Shown: positions 1-12,202 of the stretch, one piece after another
Layout of the letters: each line of letters starts with the position of its first letter
How positions within the stretch are numbered: the first letter of the stretch is position 1
Assembly: GCF_006345805.1 (NCBI RefSeq)
Contig: NW_021835847.1
Coordinates: 1 to 41,090, forward strand
Source: Octopus sinensis
Lineage: Eukaryota
Direction of reading: 5' to 3'
Length of the DNA: 41,090 nt
Notes under the pieces: model-generated
The model's input: only the letters and a program-made list of their open reading frames with translations
The model's database searches: none
What the model was told of the DNA's origin: nothing
Position numbers and translations under genes: made by a program

Positions 1-900
1 CAACCGCCACCACCACCCACCAGCACCACCACGCACCACCACCACCACCACCAACAGCATCATAACCGCCAATGCATTCAGCACCACCACCACCACCACC
101 ACAACTTTCGTCAAAGTCACCACCCGAGCGACACCACCATCACTATAACCTCCACCATCATAACTACCACCACTGCCACTACCACCACCGCCGCCGCCAC
201 CACCACAACTTTCATCGAACGACGCTATGAAGCACAGCCACGATCACCACCAATACTACCACCAATACCACCACCATCACAACTTTCATCGCCACCAAAA
301 CCACCACCACTACCACCACCACCACCACCATCAACACCGTCATCTCCACCATCACACCTACCGCTGCCACATCCACTACCACCACCACAACTTTTCGTCA
401 AACGACCACACAAGCAAGCCCTACCACCACTACCACTACCACCGCCACTACAACTACCACCACCACCGCCGCCGCCGTCAACAATACCACCACGTACAAC
501 ACCATCGCAACTACCACCACCACCACAACCACCGCCACCAACACCAACACCACTACCACCGACAACAACAACAACAACAACGACACCATCCCTTTATCGC
601 TCCTTCACTGGTATATTTATTGTTTTCACTCGTTCACTCCTTCACTGAATCTTTCACCTTCGCTCTCATTCAACCATTCATTCACTCATTCAGGTGTTCA
701 TTTCAATCATTTCTTCTCACACCACCACCATCACCACCACCACCACCACCACCAGACCGTTCATTCATCAACCATTCATACGTCAACCCTCCCTTATTCG
801 CTCATTCGCTCATTCATTCATTCTACAACTATCCAGCTTTTTCGCTCTTTCATTCATTATTTCGCTTGTCATTATATATTCACAGATTCATTCAAACATT
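1..900. repeat. Low-complexity (CAC/CCA/CAA)n tract grading into (CATT)n
   Basis: Degenerate trinucleotide repeats at 1-600 and 720-752; cattcatt units at 630-900. The His-rich and Gly-rich ORFs here are artefacts. Confidence 0.95.
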
Positions 901-916
901 CGCTCGCGTATTTATC

Positions 917-1320
917 ACTAGCAGTATCGCCCGGCGTTGCTCGGGTTTGTAAGGGAAATAACTATATAAGCATTTTTAGAGAGTTATAGCCAAAAAGTAG
1001 CAAAAAAATGCATTAAAAATGGAAAAAAAATGATGGTCAATTTTTTTTTAAATCATTGACTCATCGTAGACATTTTTAGAGAGTTATTTCCCTTATATAA
1101 TAGCGAAAAAATGCATTAAAATGGAAAAAAATGATGGTAAATTTTTTTTTAAATCGTAGACTCATCGTAGATGCGCGCTAATACCCAGAAGGGCTCGATA
1201 TGAATCACGACTATAAGATACCCGGTTTTGGTTAAACTGCACCGCAAAATGTGGGAGTAGTTAGGAATCTAAATCGTAGGAGACAGACAGACACACAACC
1301 TCACTTTTATATATAAAGAT
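917..1320 (+). mobile_element. Helentron-associated / DINE-1-like non-autonomous element (HINE), copy 1
   Basis: Starts ACTAGCAGTATCGCCCGGCGTTGCTCGGG, shared with 33121 and 40146. Has an internal ~100-bp duplication and a 14-bp subterminal inverted repeat (950-963 vs 1082-1095). Ends CAGACAGACACAC...TTTTATATATAAAGAT. Class assignment is from recalled DINE-1/Lep1 architecture. Confidence 0.7.
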
Positions 1321-1424
1321 TTCGCTTGTCATATATATTCAGATTCATTCAAACATTCGCTCGCGTATTTATTATTATACAAACACACACACACACACGC
1401 TCGCGCGCAATGCATTGATACACA

Positions 1425-2222
1425 TCGTGTGTGTGCGTGTGTCTGTGTGTGTGCGTGTGTCTGTGTGTTTGCGTGTGTCTGTGTGTGTGTGCGTGTGTCT
1501 GTGTGTGTGCATGTGTGTCTGTGTGTGTTCGTGTGTCTGTGTGTGTGCGTGTGTCTGTGTGTGTGCGTGTGTCTGTGTGTGTGCGCGTGTCTGTGTGTGT
1601 GTGCGCGTGTCTGTGTGTGTGCGCGTGTCTGTGTGTGTGCGTGTGTCTGTGTGTGTGCGTGTGTGTGTGGGTGTGGTGTGCGTGTGTCTGTGTGTGTGTG
1701 CGTGTGTCTGGTGTGTGAGTGTCTGTTGTGTGGTGTGCGTGTGTCTGTGTGTGTGTGGTGTGTCTGTGTGTGTGCGTGTGTCTGTGTGTGTGCATGTGTG
1801 TGTGTGTGCGCATGTCTGTGTGTGTGCGTGCGTCTGTGTGTGTGCGTGTGTCTGTGTGTATGCGTGTGTCTGTGTGTGTGTGCGTGTGTCTGTGTGTGTG
1901 TGCGTGTGTCTGTGTGTGTGCGTGTGTCTGTGTGTGTGCGTGTGTCTGTGTGTGTGCGTGTGTCTGTGTGTGTGTGCGTGTGTGTCTCTGTGTGTTCGTG
2001 TGTCTGTGTGTGTGCGTGTGTTTGTGTGTGTGTAAGTGTGTCTGTGTGTGAGTGTGTGTATGGGTGGTGCGTGTGTGTGCGTGTGTCTGTGTGTGTTCGT
2101 GTGTCTGTGTGTGTGCGTGTGTGTGTGTGTGTGTCTGTGTGTGTGCGTGTGTCTCTGTGTGTGTGCGTGCGTGCGTGCGTGCGTGCGTGTGTCTGTGTAT
2201 GTGTGTGCGTGTGTATGTGTGA
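1425..2222. repeat. Compound (GT)n/(GTCT)/(GCGT) microsatellite
   Basis: ~800 bp of gtgtgtctgtgtgtgc-type units. Confidence 0.97.
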
Positions 2223-2373
2223 AAGAATGAATCTATGAATGCTTGTATAATGTCTGTACGGGTGACCGCTTAAATATGGAAACTGACATGCAAACTCTAT
2301 GGCACACATACTTGATTACAAACGTAGATATGCGGCTCTACAAATTATAGCGCGCGCATTCAGTCCCCGCCTC

Positions 2374-2602
2374 AGAAACGTTAGCACGGCGGGCGAAATG
2401 CCTAGCGGTATTTCGTCTGCCGTTACGTTCTGAGTTCAAATTCCGACGAGGTCGACTTTGCCTTTCATCCTTTCGGGGTCGATAAATTAAGTACCAGTTA
2501 CGCACTGGAGTCGATGTAATCGACTTAATCCGTTTCTCTGTCCTTGTTTGTCCTCTCTGTGTTTAGCCCCTTGTGGGTAATAAAGAAATAAAAGAAATAA
2601 AA
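2374..2602 (+). mobile_element. SINE type A (tRNA-derived), 5'-clipped
   Basis: B-box-like GAGTTCAAATTCC; body and tail (...TAGCCCCTTGTGGGTAATAAAGAAATA) shared with more than 10 other units in the window. Confidence 0.9.
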
Positions 2603-2665
2603 TATATACTTACACATAAGCACAAAGACAGGCACGCAGATACACACTCACACACAAGTAATGCA

Positions 2666-2666
2666 T

Positions 2667-2738
<72 letters not shown>
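2666..2738. repeat. (GATA)n microsatellite
   Basis: Direct reading. Confidence 0.97.
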
Positions 2739-2983
2739 CTCTCTTTTACTCTCTTTTACTCTTTTTTACTCTCTTTTACTTGTTTAAGGCATTTGACTGC
2801 GGCCGTGCCGGAGCACCGCCTTTAGTCGAGCAAATCGACTCCAGGACTTATTAGTTGGAAGCCTAGTACTTATTCTATCGGTCTCTTTTGCCGAACCGCT
2901 ATAGTGACGGGGACGTAAACGCACCAGCATCGGTTGCCAAATGATGTTGGGGGGACAAACACAGACACACACACACACACACA

Positions 2984-3037
<54 letters not shown>

Positions 3038-3195
3038 CATATACATATATACAACGGGCTTCTTTCAGTTTCCGTCTACCAAATCCACTCACAAGGCATT
3101 GGTCGGCCCGAGGCTATAGTAGAAGACACTTACCCAATGTGCCATGCAGTGGGACTGAACCAGGAACCATGTGGTTGGTAAGCACAGCCACTCCT
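2739..3195 (-). mobile_element. SINE type B
   Basis: Reverse copy of the GGCGCAGGAGTGGCTG...GAAACAAGTAAAAGAG family, with an internal (CA/TA)n and a repeated CTCTTTTA tail. Confidence 0.92.
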
Positions 3196-4313
3196 AATAA
3201 ACTTTTCATTAGTCAAAACTGCCCTCTCTACTCTCACCTTCCTTTTCAAATAATACTCGAAAAAGTTGATGAGAGGTTGGCCAGAGACGAAAGTATTTGT
3301 CTCTAAGCCTTTCAAACGAGTCCACCAAACAGATTCTTTCGCTATAGCCACCAGTACGATGAAAACTGCCTTGCTTTCCCGGTTAAAGGAAGGTGGCGGG
3401 GCAATATTTACGATAGACTCAGTTGGAAGCACTCCGTCGGTTACGACGACGAGGGTTCCGGTTGATCCGATCAACGGAACAGCCTGCTCGTGAAATTAAC
3501 GTGTAAGTGGCTGAGCACTCCACAGACACGTGTACCCTTAACGTAGTTCTCGGGGATATTCAGCGTGACACAGAGAGTGACAAAGCTGGCCCCTTTGAAA
3601 TACAGGTACAACAGAAACAGGAAGTAAGAGTGAGAGAAAGTTGTGGTGGAAAGAGACCAGAGGGGATCACCACCATCCCCTGCCGGAGCCTCGTGGAGCT
3701 TTTTAGGTGTTTTCGCTCAATAAACACTCACAAAGCCCGGTCTGGGAATCGAAACCGCGATCCTACGACCGCGAGTCCGCTGCCCTAACCACTGGGCTAT
3801 TGCGCCTCCACAGACTCAGTTGACAACTAGACGCGTTCCACACGTGACAGCAGGCCTTCGACATAGGCCCACTGGTCTGATATAATTGGACATTGCAAGA
3901 GTGCATACAGAACGGTTTTCTCCTTCTGACCGCATCTCGAGCAGGTCGGTTCTGTGATTCTTAAACCGTGTCTGTAAGACCTTATCTCGAGCAATGCTCT
4001 CCGATAGCAATGCCAGGCCAGGGATCTCTGGAAGTTGTCCATAGGTCCTGGTCCGAATATGGTCCTGAAGAGGCGAATCAGATATTCCCTGTCGACGCCC
4101 AGAGTCTCCCCAAGAACGTTGTCGCATCTCCCCTCCACTAATCCTCTGTAGAACGCCTTGGAGGAAATGAAATCACAGAAGTTCGAACATGGATGGCAGA
4201 GCTGCTCGAGAGGATGGCGACACTTGCGGTGCCATTCACCCCTGCCTCGGTCTCTGCTTGATCCATGATTGCAATTCGTTCAATGAGACGAGCTGAGTGG
4301 TCTGGAGTCTGTT
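3196..4313 (-). pseudogene. Tx1/L1-clade LINE ORF2 C-terminal fragment (zf-RVT-like Cys region), split by a SINE C insertion
   Basis: Minus strand translates SKAFYRGLVEG...SLAWHCYRRAL...PTCSRCGQKEKTVLYALLQCP, and the homologous reading resumes after the SINE as TESIVNIAPP...KESVWWTRLKG...FFEYYLKRK. Confidence 0.75.
3426..3811 (-). mobile_element. SINE type C with tail T1, with TSD
   Basis: tRNA-like head (TGGCCCAGTGGTTAGGG...GGTTTCGATTCC in family copies). 11-bp TSD AGACTCAGTTG at 3415-3425 and 3812-3822. Confidence 0.93.
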
Positions 4314-4344
4314 TATTTATCTATCCCTCTACCAATCTGTAGGT

Positions 4345-4394
<50 letters not shown>

Positions 4395-4660
4395 CTATTT
4401 ATTTATCTATCTATTTATCTACCTATCTACCTATCTATTTATCTAATTATCTGTCCCTCTATCAATCTGTCGGTCAGTCACTCTCCCCCCCTTCCTCTCT
4501 CTCATTCTATCTATTTATTTACTAATCTATCTACCTATTTATCTATTTATCTATCTATCTATCTCTCCATCAATCTGTAGGTCAGTCACTCTTTCTCTCT
4601 CTCTACTTATCTCTCTCTCTCTCAATCTATCTATCTATTTATCTATCTCGCTCTCTCTCT
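4310..4660. repeat. (TCTA)n/(TC)n compound repeat with three ~120-bp-spaced copies of CAATCTGT(A/C)GGTCAGTC
   Basis: The motif recurs near 4334, 4464 and 4571. Confidence 0.85.
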
Positions 4661-5495
4661 CCATGGGACCGGAACCAGGGGTTGCAAGCCTACAAATTTG
4701 CGCCCCTACTTACTTTTCTCAGATTTAGAAAACAGTGAGTAAAAAGTGATCTGTAAGAAGTACCCTGAAGTTGAGTCTGTTCTCAACAAACGAAAAGCGA
4801 AAATAAATAAATAAAAAAACAATAAGACATTGTTTGTAAAATGTTTTTGCGCATGGATTTGCACCCCGCCGCCAAGCAAATTTCATTCCTCAACCTCCCT
4901 CTCTCTTTCTCTCTCCGGCTCTCTCTTTCTCTCTTTCTTTCATTCTCTCTTTTTCCCTGCGTGTATATCTATGATGTGTACACGAACGGTGAACGCCACC
5001 GGTTCCAATATTTTGTCTCATAAAAACTTCTCTAAGAAACTTGAGTATTAAGCGTCGTTCAAAAGCCGGACTTAGCTCAGAACGGAGGATCCGAAGAGCC
5101 ATTGGCAAAACAAACTATATTATGCCGGAAGATTATAGATTAAGTTTATATGAATTTTTCTATATGTACGTACACACAAACACACACTATAACATTATAC
5201 ATATTTGTATACAAAGCAATCAATACAAGTCTATACGTATTTCTCTGTGTATGGTAGTATGTGTATACGCTAATGTCGAACAACGACAATGAGAGCCCAA
5301 CACTGCATCGACAAATAGATATTCTGTATTTGTGGATTGAGGAGGCGATCAATGCTTTCAGGTAAATAGAAATCTCTTAACAGTTATCGAAGATGGAGAC
5401 GAGAACCAACGTTCTCATGTAGCAGGCTTGATAACTGTTAAGAGATTTTACTAGACGAAACCATTGGTAGCCATTTCATTTCAACCCACAAATAA

Positions 5496-5521
5496 AGTGT
5501 GTGTGAATGTGCGTGTATGTG

Positions 5522-5583
<62 letters not shown>

Positions 5584-5770
5584 CATATATATATATACAT
5601 ATATATATATATTATATATATATGTGTTGTGTGTGTGTGTGTGTGTGTGTGTACTATATATGTACGTATATATGTGTACTTATGTATATACACACACACT
5701 GCTTCCTTTTATAACGTGTGTGTACATACATACATACATACACACATACATGCGCATACTCACACGCCCA
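5496..5770. repeat. Compound (TG)/(CA)/(TA)/(CATA) microsatellite
   Basis: Direct reading. Confidence 0.95.
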
Positions 5771-5962
5771 CACATTTAATGGCTCTCAACTCGCTATGGA
5801 ATATGAACACTTTTTACGGTTCCTTCCTGGTTCCTCTTCAGATGCTGTAATTCCCTGTCACAGGTTCTCACGATGATTAAGTACATACCCCAGTAATGCA
5901 AGACCAAGCGTCCACATCTCTGACACCGACGTTACTTCAACGTAATACACAGAATACACATA

Positions 5963-6370
5963 GGCGCAGGAGTGGCTGTTTGGTAAGTAGCTTGTTTACC
6001 AACCACATGGTTCCGGGTTCAGTCCCACTGCGTGGTACCTTGGGCAAGAGTCTCCTACTATAGCCTCGGGCCGACCAAAGCCTTGTGAGTGGATTTGGTA
6101 GACGGAAACTGAAAGAAGCCTGTCGTATATATGTATATATATATATGTATATGCTTGTTTGTGTTTGTGTGTCTGTGTTTGTCCCCCTAGCATTGCTTGA
6201 CAACCGATGCTGGTGTGTTTATGTCCCCGTAACTTAGCGGTTCGGCAAAAGAGACCGATAGAATAAGTACTGGGCTTACAAAAGAATAAGTCCCGGGGTC
6301 GAGTTACTCGATTAAAGGCGGTGCTCCAGCATGGCCACAGTCATATGACTGAAACAAGTAAAAGAGAGAG
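5963..6370 (+). mobile_element. SINE type B, full length
   Basis: GGCGCAGGAGTGGCTG head, GGTTCAGTCCC B-box-like motif, CCTTGGGCAAG CORE-like motif, AAAAGAG tail. Confidence 0.93.
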
Positions 6371-6717
6371 TCACAGGGATCAAATAAAGAAAAGCAGGTC
6401 TGCTTCCACCTACATCCTTCCTTCTGTGCGCCCTTTCGATTAAAGTGCTGTTGAAATGGTGGTATTCCAGACTCGTAAATGTATAAGAAAGACATAATCG
6501 TCACATGGAAAAGTTGACCGTCTGTTTACGATTCAAGAAAGTTCAAGTTTTGAGATGAGCTAGAAACAGAGAGAATAGAAAGTTAGAGAGTTAAATGAAA
6601 GAGAAGGCAGATCGGAGCAAGAAAGTGACACACTAGTTACACTGTATCACTATGTTACTCGCCAAATGTTTGAAGATGTAACACTAGCAGCAAGAAATAG
6701 ATTAATAAATATAAAAA

Positions 6718-7121
6718 TATTTCTTTATTGCCCACAGGGGGCTAAACGCAGAGGCGACAAACAAGGACAGACAAACAGATTAAGTCGATTACATCAACCC
6801 CAGTGTATAACTGGTACTTATTTAATCGACCCAGAAAGGATGAAGAGCAAAGTCGACCTCGGCGGAATTTGAACTCAGAACGTAGCGGCAGACGAAATAC
6901 CTATTTCTTTAATACCTACAAGGGGCTAATCACAGAGGGGACGAACAAGGATAGACAAACGGATTAAGTCGAATATATCGACACCAGTGCGTAACTGGTA
7001 CTTAATTTATCGACCCCGAAAGGATGAAAAGCAAAGTCGACCTCGGCGGAATTTGAACAGCAGACGAAATACGGCTACGCATTTTTGCCCGGCGTGTTAA
7101 CGTTTCTGCCAGATCGCCGCC
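6718..7121 (-). mobile_element. SINE type A head-to-tail dimer
   Basis: Two units joined at CAGACGAAA|TACCTATTTC (6898); a single head ends at 7121. Confidence 0.9.
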
Positions 7122-7259
7122 TTAATTACATAATAATATTAATAATTAAAATCTGCTATTTTATAAGATAAAATTCACATTAAAATTAATGCTATGCTTT
7201 GTCTTCCTCCAATAATGAAGTTTCCGGGAGCAAAATAATACTTTGGTTTAAGGTAGTGA

Positions 7260-7301
<42 letters not shown>

Positions 7302-7439
7302 CGTGCGTGTGTGTGTATGTATTTGCCTCATGCTTCATTTACAAGGTGTTCTTCCTCCTACAAACACGGATTGAAAGCTATGATAACATGAAATTGTAAC
7401 GTTATCATTAACTACTTAGCGTGATCAGCATAAATGAAA

Positions 7440-7455
7440 CTATATTTCATTTCAC

Positions 7456-7498
<43 letters not shown>

Positions 7499-7677
7499 CG
7501 CACGCATGCACGTACGCACGCACGCAAGCACTCACACAGGCCCGCGCAATTTCCGTATATTTTCATGTTTTTATATATTTTTCACTACAATATGTAAATT
7601 TTTTCTCGATCCCTTTCAGCATATATATATATATATTATATATCTATATATATATATATATATATACATATATATAC

Positions 7678-7743
<66 letters not shown>

Positions 7744-7817
7744 TAATAAATAAAACATATGCATATATACATACATATATGTACCTACCTATACATGTAT
7801 ATATACATGCATATATG
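7440..7817. repeat. (CA)n and long (TA)n microsatellites
   Basis: Direct reading. Confidence 0.93.
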
Positions 7818-8281
7818 GGTACAGGACACAAAAAGAAAAACGTCGAACACAATGAGAAACGAAAACATAAACACAAAACCAAGGAACTGGACATTTTTCT
7901 TAAACAACGAAAAAATAGAGTACAGAACAAATAACACAAGGAAAATGCCCCTTCTTCAGTCGCCATGGTTTCATCTCCTCTGCGTTAATACATCAAATAC
8001 GCCAGCTAAACTAAGTTGTACTGTCTTAGTCGTAAGACACCCGATGTTTTTGTCCTGTTATTACTATTATTGTTTTTTGTATTTATATTCCTGTGGCATC
8101 GTCCGTTTTTCTGTCCTTGTTTCGTATACATTCGATCCCTTTTTCGCAGAAATCTAATGCTCGTAGCTTAGTTTTTCCTTGGGGCTGGCCGGATCGGAGC
8201 GATTTCAAGATTAATCAGCCGAAATTGCAAGGATGATCCGGTTCTTGAATGAAGATTGAAGGCTTCGAATGTCCCGACCGT

Positions 8282-8344
8282 GTTTTTTGTATCGTCTTCT
8301 AAATGTTTTACGTTTTTTGTATCGTCTTCTAAATGTTTTACGTT
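8282..8344 (+). repeat. Exact 30-bp tandem duplication
   Basis: GTTTTTTGTATCGTCTTCTAAATGTTTTAC occurs twice. Confidence 0.95.
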
Positions 8345-8912
8345 CTTGTCCCAGTTTGTATTTTTCTACATATAATATATATATATATATATATTATATT
8401 GTATTATGTATGTATGTATGTATGTATGTATGTATGTATATATATATATAAGCATGATCTTTCTTTCTTTGTTCGAAGCATCTCTTATATTCCTGTCTCA
8501 TGCTTTTCATCCCTTATGTTCACCTCCTATGTTCCTGCATCAAGGCTTTCACTCTACACACGCCAGCTCAACTTGATTCGTCTTTATTGGTCGAAAGACA
8601 CCTGTTGTTATATTCTTGTTGTTTGTATTTGTAATTGTGTAACATTTTCTCTGCTTTTTCTGTCTTTGTTGTACCCATTCGCTTACTTTCTCCTCCAAAA
8701 TATTATGCTTTTAGCTTAGATTTTTGGGGCCAGTCAGATTTGAACACTCTCAAGTGTAACCGGCCGAAACTGTAAGGAGGATCTGGATGCTTGACTGATG
8801 AGAGAAGGCTGCGAATGACACCCCCCCCCTTGTATTTCGTCTGTCGTTACGTTCTGAGTAAAGACGGTCGGTCCTTGTGACTAGAGTAGAAAAAACTATT
8901 ATATAATGTGAA

Positions 8913-9128
8913 GGCGGAGAGCTGGCAGAATCGCTAGCATGCTGGGCGAAATGCTTAGCGACGTTCTTGTCCGTATTTACGTTCTGAATACAAATTCTGC
9001 CGAGGTCGACTTTGCCTTGCATCCTTTCGAATTCGATAAAATAAACACCAGTTGAGTAGTGGGGTCGATGTATTTGACTAACACCCTCTGAAAACCTGCT
9101 AGCCTTGTGCCAAAATTTGAAACCAATA
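8913..9128 (+). mobile_element. SINE type A' (A head/body with alternative tail)
   Basis: GGCGGAGAGCTGGCAGAA head; tail GCCTTGTGCCAAAATTTGAAACCAATA differs from type A. Confidence 0.85.
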
Positions 9129-9130
9129 TA

Positions 9131-9652
9131 CCGTAAATCCTCGAGTATAGTCCGCCCTTGAGTATAATACGCAGGGGCTTTTTAGGGGGTTGTACCTCTG
9201 AAAAAAATAAACCTTGTGTATAATACGCACCCCTTCTCTAACTTGAGTCGTGCGTCATTAAGCCACCAGCACCTAGTCGAACAAACACTTCCGCGCATGC
9301 GTAATACAATAATGGTGATGTTCTTAACTGTTATATGGGAATGTAAATATGTTTGCAAATTGTTTTTGTTATATGCTATTCTGTGTTCTGGATACTTTTA
9401 TTTTGATAAATGTTGCTTACTGCAAGTTATGGACGATTATTTTATGACTTCATTGCTTTCAGGCTTAGCTTAAAGTATTTTCGCGCCCGACATCACAAAA
9501 TGCGTCTGAATAAACATTGCCGGACAGCAAATAGAGACACGGACATTGCTTAGAAAATGTTTTTCATTTTTAACCTTGTATATAGTACGCACAAGGGATT
9601 TTGACCTTTAAATTATGGGAAAAAAGTGCGGATTATACTCGAGGATTTACGG
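9131..9652. mobile_element. Tc1/mariner-superfamily (pogo/Tc2-like) MITE
   Basis: 25-bp TIRs CCGTAAATCCTCGAGTATA(G/A)TCCGC with one mismatch. Flanked by TA (9129-9130) and TG (9653-9654, probably a mutated TA). Confidence 0.85.
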
Positions 9653-9672
9653 TGTTCATATAACTTTAAAAA

Positions 9673-10098
9673 GGCGGCGAGTTGGCAGAATTGTTAGCAC
9701 GCTGGACAATATGCTTAGTGTATTTCGCACATCGCTTCATTCTGAGCTCAGATTCCGCCGAGGTCAACTTTACTTTTCATCCTTTCGAGGTCGATAAATT
9801 AAGTACCAGTTGAATTGTGGGGGTCGATGGAATTGACTATCCCCCTCCCCAAAATTTCAGGCCTTGTGCCTATAATAGAAAGGATTATATAACTTAAATA
9901 CTATGAGCTTGCAGAGTCGTCAGCGTGTTGGGCAAAATGCTTAGCGACATTTCGTCCGTCATTACGTTGTGAGTTCAAGTGCTACCGAGGCCGACTTTGT
10001 CTTTCATTCTTTTGGGATCAATGAAATAAGTACCAGTTGAGTACTGCAGGTCGATATAATCGACTTGGACCCTTCCCTCGAAATTGCTGGCCTTGTGT
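9673..10098 (+). mobile_element. Two adjacent SINE A' copies (9673-9888 and 9905-10098)
   Basis: Both carry the A head/body and the CCCCAAAATTTCAGGCCTTGTGCC-type tail. Confidence 0.85.
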
Positions 10099-10100
10099 CA

Positions 10101-10463
10101 GAGTGGCTGTGTGGGAAGTAGTTTGTTTACCAACCGCATCGTTCCGAGTTCAGTCCCACTGCGTGGCACCTTGGGCAAGTGTCTTCTGCTATAGCTTCGG
10201 GCCGACCAAAGCCTGTCGTATATATGTATATATATATGTATATATATATATATGTGTGTGTGTGCGTGTATGTTTGTCCCCCTAGCATTGCTTGACAACC
10301 GATGCTGGTGTGTTTGTCCCCGTCACTTAGCTGTTCGGCAAAAGAGACCGATAGAATAAGTACTGGGCTTACAAAGAATAAGTCCCGGGGTCGAGTGGCT
10401 CGATTAAAGGCGGTGCTCCAGCATGGCCGCAGTCAAATGACTGAAACAAGTAAAAGAGAGAGT
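10101..10463 (+). mobile_element. SINE type B with a 38-bp internal deletion
   Basis: Matches the other B copies but lacks TTGTGAGTGG...GAAAGAAGCC. Confidence 0.9.
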
Positions 10464-10702
10464 ATAACTATTTAAATTACAATAATCATACACGGCCCCC
10501 AACATGTGCGTAGAATAAACTCCTTTAAACGAAGTTACATGCAATTCAATACAAAAATATATACTTCATTTAGAAAAACATAACTCAATCCAAATTTTAT
10601 CGAATTTAATCAGACTTCTACACATTTAATAAAGAAAAATATTTGGAACAAAATTTTATGTAATTCAATAAGAAATACACACATACACACATATATATTT
10701 AT

Positions 10703-10736
<34 letters not shown>

Positions 10737-10810
10737 ATTCAATATGAAATATATGCATGTGTATATTATTTACATTATTTAAATTTGACGGATATTTGTC
10801 CTCATCTTGC

Positions 10811-12100
10811 GTGCTGCCTCTTTTAGGCATCGTATTTTCCAGTAGTGTTCTCTCTATTATTTTAACTTCATCCCATAGGGGGAGGTGGTCTCTGTTTTTC
10901 CATACATGATCAGCTATACCCGATTTATCAATATCTCCTCATGTCACAGATTTGCGATATTCGTCTGCCCTTATTTCGAGGGGGCAGCATGTTTAGCCTT
11001 TGTATAACCTACCACAACTGCATGGGATGGAGTACACGCAGTCTTTGGTCATATTCTTTTCTACTGGTGATTTTACTCGAAGGAGATATTTGCGAAGTGT
11101 TGTATTACTCTTGAATACCGTCCTAACGTCATATGGATTGCATCTCTTTTGTATCTTTTCTGAGAGGCCTTTCACATAGGGTAGACAGACTGTGGACAGT
11201 TTATTGGCCTCATCCCCTCTCTTCTTCATAATTGGAGTGGATAGTATGTTTTCAGGGGTAGTTGTTGCTTAATAGATTATTACTGAGCTTGATCATTTCT
11301 TCGTGGTGGGTATCACGATCGATACTTATATTCTTTGCTCGATGTTTTAGGGACTGAGCAATCTTTCTCTTTACGCTGTATGGATGGTGGGAATTGAAGT
11401 TGAGGTATCGTCTAGTGAAGGTCGGTTTGCGGTATACGGATGTCCTGGATGATCTAACAATACTTGGACATCTTCCTGGCGAGGCCAGAGTATAAAGGTG
11501 TCATTAACATATCACGGCTATAGGGTTGGTTTTAGTGGTGTTGATCCTAAAGCCAAATTATCAAAGTATTCCCTGTATATATTGGTTATTATCGGTGATA
11601 ATGGCGAACCCATAGCTAATCCCTCTTCTTGTCGATATATATCAGTGTCCATACTGAAGTAGGTAGTTTCTACACAGAAGGTCAACATTTCTGTCAAGTT
11701 TCTTATTGGTATACTAGTGCGTTCTTTTAGATGTGTGTCTGTCAGTAGTTTTTCTTGAATCACCGATTGTGCTTCGCCAGTTGGGACTTTGGTGAACTGA
11801 CTTATCACATCTAGACTCACCATCTGGTTGGATTCAATAGGGGTACCCTTGATCAATTCTGTGAAGTAGGTGGAATTCTCCACGAACAATGTTGACTTTC
11901 CTGCTAATGGACTAATTATATCCACAAGGAAGCGGCTCAGTGGATGACATGCTGAACCTCCACAGCTTACTATAGGTCTTAATGGAATACCATCCTTGTG
12001 AATCTTAGGGAGACTGTACATGTGTGGTAGTTTGCTGTAGTGTTGAGTTAGTTGTCTGTACTTCATTGGTGTAAAGTGATCCTTGTTCTTGATCAAGATT
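10811..12100 (-). pseudogene. Penelope-like element (PLE) reverse transcriptase plus GIY-YIG endonuclease, degraded
   Basis: LPKIHKDGIPLRPIVS, QEEGLAMGSPLSP, YVNDTF, VYRKPT..RYLNFNSHHP, LPYVKGLSEKI, then CVYSIPCSCGRLYKG and KSGIADHVW...KEAA. This is the hallmark PLE RT-GIY-YIG order, with stops, frameshifts and an internal deletion. Confidence 0.92.
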
Positions 12101-12202
12101 CTGTGACAACAACCTCCTAAGCAAACTGAGTGCAGATATGAATAGCATATGGGAACCTGTATTAAGGAAGGATAGAAAAAAATTAGATTTATAAGTCCTA
12201 CG

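Noticed and set aside
225-2309. His-rich, Gly-rich and Cys/Val-rich ORFs up to 326 aa
   Set aside because: They are translations of (CAC)n and (GT)n microsatellites with no domain content.
5386-5420. CGAAGA-TGG...CCA-ACGTTC as a decayed hammerhead
   Set aside because: Both core segments are defective and stem I does not abut the core.
7940-7990. Minus-strand CTGAAGA followed by a small stem
   Set aside because: The stem is followed by GTGTT rather than GAAA.
8762-8822. CCGAAAC and CTGATGA as a hammerhead
   Set aside because: No stem II, stem III or NUH pairing could be built in any permutation.
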